Origin: an uncultured virus (IMG/VR IMGVR_UViG_3300021256_000092)
Lineage: Duplodnaviria; Heunggongvirae; Uroviricota; Caudoviricetes
IMG/VR virus record: IMGVR_UViG_3300021256_000092
Direction: 5' to 3' (one strand)
DNA: 64,000 nucleotides
This document shows positions 37,487 to 48,758 of this stretch, piece after piece. A program made the translations under genes and the position numbers. A model generated the notes under the pieces. That model saw only the letters and a program-made list of their open reading frames with translations. It was not told where the DNA came from and ran no database searches. Numbering within the stretch: the stretch's first letter is position 1; each line of letters begins with the position of its first letter.

Positions 37487-38081
37487 CGCTATGCGAGCAC
37501 GCAACATCGCTCGCACCCATAGCACCATGTAAACATCACAGAACACAGCATGAAAGACTTAAGCCCCGCTTAAGACTTTAAACTAGAAAGCACCTTGAAA
37601 AACGTATAAGCGACACTGAGTGAGACTTAACAAAAAAAGCACCTTAAGCGACTTGATACCCGCTTAAAGTGAAAACGCCGATAGAAATTGACGCTGTCAA
37701 CATGATTTGCATTTCTTACAGAGTGCGACTTGTAAACCTTTTAGTCTTACGAGATTAAAACGTCCCTGCATAACATGTCAGAACACGAACTTACTCAGAC
37801 CGTTTTCGGGTCTATCAAACCCGTTTCTCGGCACCGCATTTCCCTGTTGTAAGACATATAAAGCGTCGAGAGCTATGTACGTCATATCGAGTACACTACT
37901 CACATTCTTGGATAGTGTTAATTCCCTGCTCTGTCTTAACAGACAGAGCGGGAATGTAATCCTATGCACTCACTATATCGGTGAAAGAGTGTAATCCGTT
38001 TTCAGCATAGCGGATGTAGTGAGTGGATGGGATTACATCCATAACAATTAACTACTTCATTCAAGAAAAGGAGAAAGTACC

Positions 38082-38966
38082 ATGAAGAAGACAAACGTAG
38101 CAACTAAGGCAACTGCAAACACAGCATCTAAGGGAGCTAAGACACCTAAAGCGACTTCCAAGCCAAAGGCTGAGAATTCTGTAAAGAAGACCGAAGCCCC
38201 AAAGGAAGAGCCAAAGAAAGAGTCTAAGATAACCAAGGCTGACATGGTTGAGATGCTTGAGAAGTGCCTGACTATCGCAGGTCTCAGCAAGAACCTCAAA
38301 GAGCGGATTGAGTACACTTTAGCTAATAAAGCTAAAGCTACCATGAATGACTTGAGAGAGCTGGTATCTGACGCAGGTAATGAAGCCAAAGCACTCCATG
38401 AAGCACAGGAAGCTAATAAGTCCAAGGCTGAGAACAGCATCAAGAAGCCGCTCAAGAAGAGCGGAAAGAAAGCTGATGAGCCTAAGGAAGAAGCTCCAAA
38501 GACACCTTCTAAGAGCACTAAGAAGCCCGCAAAGGAAGAAGCACCCAAGGAGAAGAAGCCTAGTCTTAAGCAGCTGACAATGCTTGCGGAGTTCCCCGAA
38601 GAGCTTTCAGTGAAAGACGGGGAAGATACAATCGAGCTTGAAAAAGTGAAGATTAAGTCCTACAAAGATGTTGTCAAGATGCTTGAGGAAGACGAGGATG
38701 TTGAAATCTACATCGCAGTCTACTGGAATAAGAGACAGATTCAGCAGTTCAACTATGAGAAAGACGGAAGATTCAAAGTTCCTAATGGAAAGTTTGAAAA
38801 TGACGTTGACATAGTGAACCTCATCTACCCCGGAACAGTGATTGCAGTAGGTATCAGTGCCATAACTGAGATTCCTTACAATTTCCTTCCCGAAGACTTC
38901 ACTCCCGATGAAGACGGAATGAAGTACACCGACGGAGCAGAGTTTGAAGTCTACAAAGTCAAGTAA
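38082..38966 (+). CDS. Lys/Ala/Pro-rich (histone H1-like N-terminus) protein, putative early gene
   Basis: AAGGAG RBS; KAENS repeats; low-complexity basic N-half with acidic globular C-half. Confidence 0.65.
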   Translation: MKKTNVATKATANTASKGAKTPKATSKPKAENSVKKTEAPKEEPKKESKITKADMVEMLEKCLTIAGLSKNLKERIEYTLANKAKATMNDLRELVSDAGNEAKALHEAQEANKSKAENSIKKPLKKSGKKADEPKEEAPKTPSKSTKKPAKEEAPKEKKPSLKQLTMLAEFPEELSVKDGEDTIELEKVKIKSYKDVVKMLEEDEDVEIYIAVYWNKRQIQQFNYEKDGRFKVPNGKFENDVDIVNLIYPGTVIAVGISAITEIPYNFLPEDFTPDEDGMKYTDGAEFEVYKVK

Positions 38967-39074
38967 GCACACGATTTTAGTACTGATTGTACTCAAGGGC
39001 GTAAAGCCCTTGGGTATGAATGAGTACTGAAAGTACTCAGCGCAAATAAACAAGAATGTGAAAGAGGTAAGAAC

Positions 39075-39503
39075 ATGAAAGAAAAAAACTATGAAGTGTA
39101 CAAGTTTGAGAACGAAGATGGAGCTGTAAGATACGTTTATGGCAGACCCGAACAGCGCGAGGCATCTAAAAAGCATCGTGAAAAGAGAATAGCCTATTTC
39201 AAAGAAATGGGTTATGAGTTGGTTCTCTATTTCAAGTGTGATGCAGAAACATATTACAACTACCGTCTGAACAGGATAATGACAGACATCATTTCAGCAA
39301 GTGAAGACATAGACAAGGCAGAGACTTTATACAACAAAGAACTGCTGTCACTTAGGAACTTCTACAAATTAAAAACTGACAATGTGAAGAGAATCCGCAG
39401 AAAAGAGGAGCAGTTCAAGTTCATGGTGAGCCTTATGATAGATAAAGACATAGAGCTTTCAGAACAGGTAACAATCTTCTACAACCATTCCATAAGAAAG
39501 TAA
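39075..39503 (+). CDS. Hypothetical early protein
   Basis: GAGGT RBS. Confidence 0.6.
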   Translation: MKEKNYEVYKFENEDGAVRYVYGRPEQREASKKHREKRIAYFKEMGYELVLYFKCDAETYYNYRLNRIMTDIISASEDIDKAETLYNKELLSLRNFYKLKTDNVKRIRRKEEQFKFMVSLMIDKDIELSEQVTIFYNHSIRK

Positions 39504-39617
39504 CTTCTTCAAGGTAGTTCACTGACCATACTCCCGAGCTGAAAAGCTCGGAGGTATGAATGAGTGAATAACTCAGAATATCAAGAGTGTGTAGGTACTA
39601 AGAAAGTGAGGTAGAAA

Positions 39618-39854
39618 ATGAGTAGATTAAGACCATTCTATTTTGAAGCAGATGTTGATGGATATTCAAAAGAAGTCGCCGCAGGCCCAAAAGCCAAAGA
39701 CGGAAGAATGAACATTGAAATCTATCAGAGAAGCGACGGAGAGAAAGTAAAAGCCTTTTCAATCCGATGTTTTACAGAACTTGATGGAACACTTAAGACC
39801 ATCGTATGTGACACCAAAGGACAGACGGTAGCAAGTTTTGTTACCAACTATTGA
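39618..39854 (+). CDS. Hypothetical early protein
   Basis: GAGGT RBS. Confidence 0.6.
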   Translation: MSRLRPFYFEADVDGYSKEVAAGPKAKDGRMNIEIYQRSDGEKVKAFSIRCFTELDGTLKTIVCDTKGQTVASFVTNY

Positions 39855-39963
39855 TACACACTCTTTCACTTCAATCGGTAGATTGACGATGTACAGGAGC
39901 AATCCTGTACATCGATGAGTCCACCAATAGAGGTGACTCACTTTCAAGAAAGAGGTGTGAGTA

Positions 39964-40224
39964 ATGAACTACTATGAAAATGAGCGTATCGACGGTCAGA
40001 AAGTTTTGCGACTTTCCAAAATGAAGGCGAGAAAGCTATTCGATGAAGGAAGGATAATATTTATCATCCCGAGTAAATGCAGACTCGACAATATGTGGGT
40101 AAGACCTATGCGCATACAGAAGAGCGAGGAAGTGAGCTTTGACACTTTAGTCAATTCGGCTATCTTCTATAACTGCTGTAGCGAACTTGGTTACTATCTC
40201 AGATACTATGTTTTGGAAGCGTAA
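39964..40224 (+). CDS. Hypothetical early protein
   Basis: GAGGTG RBS; YNCCSELGYY motif. Confidence 0.6.
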   Translation: MNYYENERIDGQKVLRLSKMKARKLFDEGRIIFIIPSKCRLDNMWVRPMRIQKSEEVSFDTLVNSAIFYNCCSELGYYLRYYVLEA

Positions 40225-40334
40225 AATGTGAGTCATGAGTTGACTACTCCCGCATGAAGAGTGCGGGAGAAGTGAATCCATGAGGGTTCAAGTTTGTTAC
40301 TTATTACAAGAGTGTGAATGAAAGGAGAACTATT

Positions 40335-40727
40335 ATGAAGTTCAAAAAAGTACTTAAGGTGAAGAAGATTGCGACCGCAGAGGAGAAGCCTGTAAAGAAG
40401 AGCGCTCCAAAGGAGAAAGCACCAAGTCAGCTTGCATCGGATGAGTACAAGCCAATGTTTGAGCCGATAAGGATTTTCGTAAGAGAATATCCTAGCTACA
40501 AAAATCCCGAGAAGAAAATCAAGGATTATGTAGAGTTCAGCATAAAGAGGTTTGATGATGATGAAGCAATGGCAATGTGCTTCTGCACAATGTACAGAGA
40601 ATCAGAGCTGTACACAGGGTATCTGAAAGGAAAAACAATCCACTTCCCGATAGGAAAACTCGCTGATGTAGAAGAAGTACTTTCTCAGTTAGAGGAAAAG
40701 TGCGCAGAAGAGGGAATTGAGTACTGA
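40335..40727 (+). CDS. Hypothetical early protein
   Basis: AAGGAG RBS. Confidence 0.6.
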   Translation: MKFKKVLKVKKIATAEEKPVKKSAPKEKAPSQLASDEYKPMFEPIRIFVREYPSYKNPEKKIKDYVEFSIKRFDDDEAMAMCFCTMYRESELYTGYLKGKTIHFPIGKLADVEEVLSQLEEKCAEEGIEY

Positions 40728-40760
40728 TTCAGACCTAGTGAGTAGTGTACGAGTGCATTA

Positions 40761-40787
40761 GGAAGTCCGAAAGGGCTTCCTTTTTTT
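40761..40787 (+). terminator. Rho-independent terminator ending the putative early operon
   Basis: GGAAGTCC-GAAA-GGGCTTCC-T7. Confidence 0.8.
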
Positions 40788-40989
40788 ATGCCCTCATATC
40801 CCGCCCCAAAGGAAAGCCCTAGAAATGTGTGTTTGGGAGTGTTGAAATGAGCGAAATTTGGCGAGGTTAATATACCCATATAAGTATATATAGGGTCGAG
40901 GAAAGCCCCTATCCCCACCAAAAAAGTCGGTGCAGAAGCCTTTGGCATAGGAGAGGGAAAATGACCTGCCCCTCATATACGCCCCTATA

Positions 40990-41120
40990 TATGAGTGAGT
41001 GAGAGTATATAAAAGCCGTGAGTGTATAAAAGAGTGTATAAAAATATAAAAGTGTATAAATATATAAGTGTATATAAGAGTTATTATATATGAGTGTATA
41101 AAGTGAGTGTTTATAACACA
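40990..41120. repeat. Degenerate AGTGTATA repeats in an AT-rich non-coding region
   Basis: At least five AGTGTATA copies plus variants. Confidence 0.65.
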
Positions 41121-41580
41121 TTTTATGAGATGTAAAAAGAAAAATATTTCTTTATGTATAAAAATGCAGAAAAGAAGAAAAGATTTTAAAAATAAAGTTT
41201 TTTTCTGTGTAAGAGTGTAAGAACAATTAGAGCATTAAAGCGAGTGTGTGAGTTTGGAGAGTGTGTATGAGAAAAGACCCCACCCTTAAGTGAGTGGAGT
41301 TGCTGTGTGAGTGTCGCCTAGCAACATATTTTTTGGAAGTTTTAGTCATGGTGTGCCTAGTGTCTAAAAGAGTGAGTGACATATTTTTTGGAAAATATAG
41401 CAAAGGTATTTGTTGCCCCCCCCCCCTTAGTGTATATGTGGAAGTCACTAAAAAGTTGCCTTAAAAATTCTGCGGTAATAAAACTTAAGAGTAAAGACAG
41501 GTAAAACTCAAATAAAAATAAAATAACTCAAAAATAAGGTGAGTAAGTGAAATTGAGATTTTAGTTATTATTTGAGTTAA

Positions 41581-41690
41581 GAGCGTGGAGCGCTCCCTAA
41601 TACCTTTAGGTATTAGGATATAAGAATAGTTATATATAAATATTTAATATATTTATTTAATATATAAAAAATATACGCACACGCACGTAA
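41581..41690. repeat. Dispersed element copy 3
   Basis: GAGCG-TGGAG-CGCTC, CCTAATACCT-TT-AGGTATTAGG, AT tract; promoter TTGACA-17-TAACAT at 41716. Confidence 0.7.
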
Positions 41691-43073
41691 TATGGCTAGT
41701 CATAAAAAGGGCTATTTGACAGTATTTTTGAGATGTAGTAACATATTTTATGTTTCAGAAGACCCAATTAAGAAAGTGAGGTATAAAAATGACAGTAACC
41801 GAAGCAATTAATTTACTTGCTTATGGAACAGCATATGAAATCAAAGGCGCATATAGTGGAAAGATATACCATAAGTCTTACATTAACAGCAGTAAGAATT
41901 TGGATAAATATGCCAATATGGAAGTTACAGACGTGCCATTTTATGCAGATATGAGAATAAAAGGTTCAGAAAGTAATCATTGGTGCACTCCTGTAATAGT
42001 AATATTGATGAATGACTATGATTTATGCAGAAAGTGAGGTATAAGATGTTAGAAGACATAATTTCTGTGGTAGTGTTTTACTTTCTACTGAGAGAGTTAG
42101 GAAGTAGATATGCTATCTTGTTTGAAAGTGAAAACGTATGACATTTAGTGATTTAAAGAAAAATTTGGAGGGATTAAATGATTAATATATTTTCATCAAA
42201 AAGACCTCATGGGTCTGCATGGTGTATATGCTGTATGAGTGATGAAGATACAAAGCAGTTGCAGTTTTCAAATGATGGAAGATGCGGGACAAGCATAATT
42301 CTGTGTAGGAAGTGCAGAAAGGAACTTATGGAGAAATTAAGCTCACTTGATTCACCTAAAATTTCAGTAGGTGATGAAGTATACATTCTCGATGATACAG
42401 ACAGAAAAGTAGTAACAGCCCTTGATGGAGATAGTTGCACAGTAATGACGTGTCGGGGAAAATTTAGTGTCATTAAGCAGAGTAATCTGAATAAGACAGG
42501 AAGACATTTTCAGTTAGAAGAGTTCTTGAGAGAACTTGAAGGAGTTATGTGATGACAAGAAAAGAAATCATTGATGGGTTGCAGTTTACAATAGATATGT
42601 TTCTGTTTGACCCGAGTACAGGAAGAACTAAGTCTGATTGTGAGTTAAATAGTGAAGATAGGGCTACAGTAGATGCTTGCAGGGGAGCTATTGAATTATT
42701 GAGTGCTGTTAATTCAGAAAATATGAGTGATAAAGGGTCTTATCTTCCATTAACTACACAGGTTAATGTGCTTTCTGACGATATTAAGAAAACGGGACAG
42801 AGACTTAATAAACAGTTATACTTCTCAAAGAAGAACCTCGTAAATAGAATTCGGGCAGAGAGTTTGAATCTTGAAAAATATGCAGAACATTTGGATAAGT
42901 ACCGTAATGTCCTCATACCATTAGAGGCTTGTGATTCCAATAATTCAATTTTTGAAGAACTTGTGAAAATCAAGTGGGATATAGAAACTGCTCAGAATAT
43001 GCTTGCACATCATAAATATAAGGAAGCGGATGAGCTTCTCCAAAATATTAAAAAAAGAATATAAGGTGATGAA

Positions 43074-43283
43074 ATGACAGTAGGAGAAAGATTAAAGAAA
43101 GTACTTGATGAAAAAGGTATTATGCAGAAAGAATTAGCTGAAAAAATCGGTGTTAATGAGATGACAGTCAGCCGTTATGTTCATGGAGGAAGAATAGTTT
43201 CCGTACCAGTTTTGATTGAGATATGTAGGGTGCTTAATGTAAGCGCTGATTATCTGTTAGGATTAAGTGAGGTGACGGAATGA
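43074..43283 (+). CDS. XRE-family HTH regulator
   Basis: GERLK...QKELAEKIGV...VSRY..G...L..ICRVLNVSADYLLG. Confidence 0.92.
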   Translation: MTVGERLKKVLDEKGIMQKELAEKIGVNEMTVSRYVHGGRIVSVPVLIEICRVLNVSADYLLGLSEVTE

Positions 43284-43800
43284 CGAAAGAAGAAGCCGTA
43301 GAACATTTGGATACAATCGGTCAATATTATTCGCAAGACCATTCAGACCCGTATGATGAATGTGAGAGATTAACCAAAGATGAACTTGACGCAATTTATC
43401 TGGCAATCAAAGCACTAGAGCAAGAGCCTTGTTATAATCCCGATGAATGGTGTCACGATTGCAAAGAGTATGACCATGATAAGCATTGTTGCCCAAGGTA
43501 TAACAAAGTCATTAGAAATACTGTTGAAGAAATGAAACGGCGAAAGACAGGGTATATATCTATCGATGATGTGATGTCAGTGTTTGATGATTTTATGTGT
43601 GGTGAGGTCGATGAAGATGAAACAAATACATTTTTAGAAATGTTAAAAGATAAAGTAAAAAGTGAAGAGCAAGAGTCTTGTAATAATGTGGCGGTTACTC
43701 ATAAAAATCTATGTGATTCTTGCACAACCCAAGGCTGTGTATTTCAATCGGGCATAATTAGAAACCATTGTGATTTTTATAAGGAAGAAAGTGAGGAAAC

Positions 43801-44082
43801 ATGACAAGAGAAGAATTAAGAAATTACGTGGACGAGCAAAGAACATTAAATAATATTCCATATCATGTATATTCAGCACTTATTGACGGGATAGACACTT
43901 TGGAGCAAGAGCCAAAAATAGGGCATTGGATAGATATTATGGTTGGAGATATGCCAGCACAAGCGTGTGACCAATGTAATACATTCTATCCACTGTCATA
44001 TACAGGTGGAGGGCACAACTATTGTCCGTCATGCGGTGCAAAGATGGTTGAGCCACAGGAAAGTGAGGAAACACGGAGATGA
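43801..44082 (+). CDS. Zinc-ribbon protein
   Basis: GHWI...CDQC...NYCPSCGAKM. Confidence 0.7.
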   Translation: MTREELRNYVDEQRTLNNIPYHVYSALIDGIDTLEQEPKIGHWIDIMVGDMPAQACDQCNTFYPLSYTGGGHNYCPSCGAKMVEPQESEETRR

Positions 44083-47000
44083 ATAAGAAATTGGCAGAAT
44101 TAACTATAAAAAAGTCGGAAGATTATTTCAACAAGGTGGTTAAAGCACTCGAAGAAGCAGGATTTGTAATAGTGCTTGATTGTGAAACTTCCACGGAGAG
44201 ATATTATATTGTCGCAGAAAGTGAGGAACACTATGACTAATGGTAGAAAGATATTAAATGCATTTCCAAATGCATTCACAAGAGTATTTAAGAATAGAGG
44301 CTTTACTTATATTGAAGTAGAGCAGAATGATAAATGGATAGCAGACTTTAGTATAGAGTGGTGGAACTCAGAATGTGAAGAGTCAACCACTAAGAATGAG
44401 AGGTAAGGTAATGAAAGTATATGTAATGACAATAGCAAAACCTTTTGAGGAAGAAACATTTAAAGGTGTTGCATCCACGAAAAAAAGAGCCGAAAAAGAA
44501 TTGAGAAAGATGTACCCACACATGAAGCCAAGCGGACATGATTCTTATGTTGCCGACAATACTAATACGTTGTTGCTATTTATCAGAGAAGTAGAAGTAA
44601 TAGAATAAAGCAGACGATGTAGAAAGTGAGGAAACAGATGCAGATAGTGATTAACATAGATGATGAAGATTATGATAACATCACACTAACAGGAGAAAAT
44701 ACAATTAATCTCGGTGTGTTACTTGATTTACGAGAAGCAGTCAGAAAAGGAAAGCCACTCCCAAAAAATCATGGACGTCTGATTGATGCCGATGCAATTA
44801 ACTTAAAGGATATTAGCCCAGTTGAGGATTTTAGTGTTTACGGAGCAACAGCGGAAGATATTGATTTAACTTCAACAATAATAGAAGCTGATACACCAAA
44901 AAGTGAGGAATAAAATGAGCCTATATATTACAGGTAGGGAAGTAGATAACCGTAAAAAGCAGCTAGGATATGAAGGATGTAAAAATTGCCAACATCAAAT
45001 AGCACCATTAAGAATGTGTAAATGGGCTGAACAGGGCGGTGATGGGAGAATACATTTAATTTGTCCTAAATGGGATAAGAAAGTGAGGGAATAAGAAATG
45101 AGGTGGGTAACATTTCATTACAATGCGTTAACTAATAGTGTATCAGCGATAAAGGTGCATGAAGATAAAGAAACGGCACTAACATATTTTAACAGCAGTA
45201 TGAAAAAATTCTTTGAAATCAACACTGATTTCAAGGCAAAAAGACTTCCCGCTACTTATGGGTATTGCTTAAGAAAGTATTGTGGAATATCCGCAAGAGC
45301 GTTCATGAAAGAGTTTGGTATTAGTGTTGATGAAGCTTTGAAGATAGCACAAAGCGGAAAGTGAGATGTAAGAAATGATAGCAAGAGTGACAATAATTGA
45401 TGATAAGGGCAATCATAAAGGTGTTTATGAATTACAACCATCAAGAATAGATGAGTATGAGCTAAGCACTAAATATGTTTTTGAATTTGAATATAACAAA
45501 TTGAAAGATAAATATCTTAGAGGATTGCTTAATCCAAAAGATAGCAAGAATGAATCTGAAAAGATTACTGCCACTGAATTAAGAGAAGTTGCACAGGAGT
45601 TGCACAAAAGTTGCGTAAGTACAGAATCACAGGAAAGTGAGTGATAAGAATGACAAACGGTGAGAAGTTTAAAGAGACATTTGAAGTATCACAAGTTGAT
45701 GAAGGCGATTATTTTGCTTTCGTGTGGTTTAATCATAATGCAGCAGAAATAAGTATTGATTGGTGGAACGCAGAATATGAAGAGCCAAAAACAGTTAAGT
45801 CGAACATGTTAGAAATCCCGACAGATTCAGTAAGTGAGGATAAGAAATGAATGATGATATGAAGTGCCCTAAATGTGGAAGAGACATCTATGCAGAGTAT
45901 GAGGATTATCATTCTTGTGGTGAAAGCAAATACATTAAAATCGAGAACTATCACTCTTTCTTTGATGGAGAATATTCGGGGCATAGTTGGGATGTTAAAT
46001 GTATATGTCCACGATGCAAGAAAAGATTTTGGTTCAGTGATTCTGATGTATAGAAAGTGAGGAGTAAATATGGAGTTTTTATGCAAACCGATAAATCCGA
46101 TAAATCTTTTTCAAAACGATGGGTTATCAAGTAAGGACAAAGCAATGATTGATGGAATGAGGAATACAGCTTATGTTTGTGGTTATAGAGGTGGGGATGT
46201 CGAATTTATTGTACATAAAGCATTAAAAAGAATGGGTAGATATGACTTATTACCGCCTTGTGAGCGAGAAAGCGAAGAAACAGATGAAAGAGGATAGATT
46301 AAGTAAGGCTATATCTGATGTTGCATACATCCTTGATAGTTTGCGTTCTTTACGGCAGATATATCAGACAGGTGATTGTAATATCTGCAAAAATAAAGAC
46401 TGCGGATATAAGCCGAAAGCAGGACAATTAGTGCGATATAATTGTCCTTTCTATAAGTCAGAAAGTGAGGAATAATTATGGCTTTTATTCCATGTGAATG
46501 GTATTACGAGAATGTTTTAGGTGATAGTTGTAATAATAAATGTGATGAGTGCTTTGGCGACAAAGATATTCGTGTGTGTAAAGAAGATTTTGAAGTTTGC
46601 GGAGAAACGATACTAGACAAAGTTACTATTAAAAAGGGTTCATGGTGGTCACTACTTTTTATAAATAATGACCATGTGTTATTAGATGGATTAGACGGAC
46701 ATCAATTAACACTAAAAAGAAGTTTGTTTGACTCATATTTTGAAAACTTTGTTTATAGAACAAAACTAGAAAGCGAGGAATAAATATGGGAACAATACGA
46801 AATGAAATGACAATAGTACATCATTGGAATAAGGATAAATTGAAGAAAGTAAGAGAAGATGCTATAAAAGTGTTTAGCCAAGTTGCTAGACAAGATTCAG
46901 GAGTTGAGAACTATGCCCTAAATAGTATTAAAAATATGATAAGTCCTATAATGGACTCCTATATAAATGGAGAATATACTTTCGTTATAAATGGAGATTG

Positions 47001-48730
47001 TTCCAAAAGTGGGTGGGAAACGTCTGAGCGATTCCATGAAGCAAGAATGAAGTGGTGTGAAAAGTATAAGGACGATGTACAGAATATTATAGTAATAAAT
47101 TTTGGTGAGGATGGGCCTTGTCGCTTAGTATATGATACATAAGCAGAAAGTGAGAAAGTATGAAACTACATGATTTTCAATTACAGATTTTTGCTAAATG
47201 GATAACTATTATTCCAACGGTTGAAATACATATAGATAATCCTATGTATAGGGAGAGAAATATAGCCATAATAGTAAATATATTTATTTGGCATTTTAGG
47301 TGGTTATTTATTAGAGAAAGTTAGGTACAGAATGCAGATAGTAGTTAACATAGAAGATGAATTTTATGATTATATAAAAGAACAAGTAAAAGATGGAATT
47401 ACAAATCCTTTGAAAGTAGCAATAGTCAATGGCAAAATACTTCCAAAAGGTCATGGTAAATTGATTGATGCAGATGAATTGTTTTTGGATATTCAAACAG
47501 ACGAGCAGATGAGATTAGGTGAACATCTTGCATGGGTTAGGAAGAGAATTGAAGATGCACCAACAATCATAGAGGCTGATGCACCAAAGAGACGAAAAGG
47601 TATGCCACTTGAAGAAAATGACAGCTGTTATAATTGTGAAAATTGGATTCCATAATAATAATAGAAATTGATGGGGTGAAAGAATGACAATAACTATATT
47701 ATTCAGAAATGGTAAAGAGCTATCTGTAAAATGCAGTAGCGTAGATGTTAAAAGAAATACAATAACAGGAAGGGTTTTAAATCTCCATTTTGAAGGGATT
47801 AAAGAAAATAAAATTATAGATTTAGATTTTGATGAGGTAATAGCAATTTATCGTAAAGTCAGTGATGAGGCGGAAAAATGAATTTATTAGAGCATCATAT
47901 TGTTAATATTCTTAGTGAAGAAAAATTTTTGAACATGAAAAATGGTAAAGAATATTATCATGTAATAGCTGTTGTAGACTGTTATGGCGGTAAAGAACAA
48001 ATTAATCGTTTATTTACTGTCGATGCATGGGAACAGGCAAAAGAAAAAGGCTATTTTTGGGCTTGATAGAAAGCGAGGTATTATGAGTTTAATAATCATA
48101 GATATTCTGTTTTCAACAATCCTTATTTCTTGTATAATATTTGTAGTACTTGGTACTGTTTGGGCGGCATTTAAAATTTTATATGAGATAAAGAGATTGT
48201 TGAGGGAATTTTGATGTATAAGTATATGAATTTGCATAAGTTGTTACACCCTGTTTGTTGTGAAGAAATGAGATATTATCTATATTCTCATTACTTCCCG
48301 ATTAAGTGGAGTGGAGAGATAGATGAACTTCTCGATTTTGTTTTTATTATTTTAGTCATAATCATGGTAGTTATTATAGGAGCATATATAGTATGGGAAA
48401 ACAAAAAGTAGTAAATTACGATAATGTAGTGAATGGTGCAATCGAGTGGGGAAATAAGTATCAAGAGCATTTGAGGATAGAGCCGAAAGGGAAGGCAGTA
48501 GAACAGCCTGTATTAAAACAGGCAACATGTATGTACTGTGACGGTGTATTGCTTAAGTGTTCAGACCTCAAGAATGAGGGAATGAGTATCTGTTCTCATC
48601 AGCTACTAAGGGAACTTGTCCTAAATATCCCTAAAGATGTACACTTGGGTTTTGACAGTGACTTTGCAAGAGAGCAATGTTTAGTGGGCGGAAGTTTCTG
48701 CCCGATTAAATTTTTAGAGCACTTAGGGAT

Positions 48731-48758
48731 TTGACAGTTAGAAAGTTCATGTTATAAT
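48731..48758 (+). promoter_or_regulatory. SigmaA-type promoter
   Basis: TTGACA-16-TATAAT with TG at the extended -10. Confidence 0.65.

Larger units (their letters stand above)
38975..40290 (+). promoter_or_regulatory. Four conserved intergenic RNA structures (38975-39040, 39518-39576, 39881-39940, 40233-40290)
   Basis: Each has stem-(T)GA-long hairpin-TG-stem', plus an overlapping alternative TGA..TCA hairpin. Confidence 0.65.
41789..48734 (+). other. Hypervariable array of ~25 small hypothetical ORFs (starts e.g. 41789, 42178, 42549, 43280, 43801, 44079, 44233, 44411, 44638, 44915, 45098, 45375, 45650, 45847, 46070, 46284, 46478, 46786, 47160, 47332, 47684, 47878, 48083, 48211, 48393)
   Basis: Tightly packed + strand ORFs of 50-175 aa, many with Cys pairs, most preceded by GAAAGTGAGG. 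Confidence 0.75.

Noticed and set aside
37707..37994. 95-aa + strand ORF
   Set aside because: TTG start without RBS, atypical composition, overlaps strong hairpins.
38975..40290. Hammerhead ribozymes or terminators
   Set aside because: The CUGAnGA/GAAA core is not contiguous or conserved in all four copies, and there are no U-tracts.
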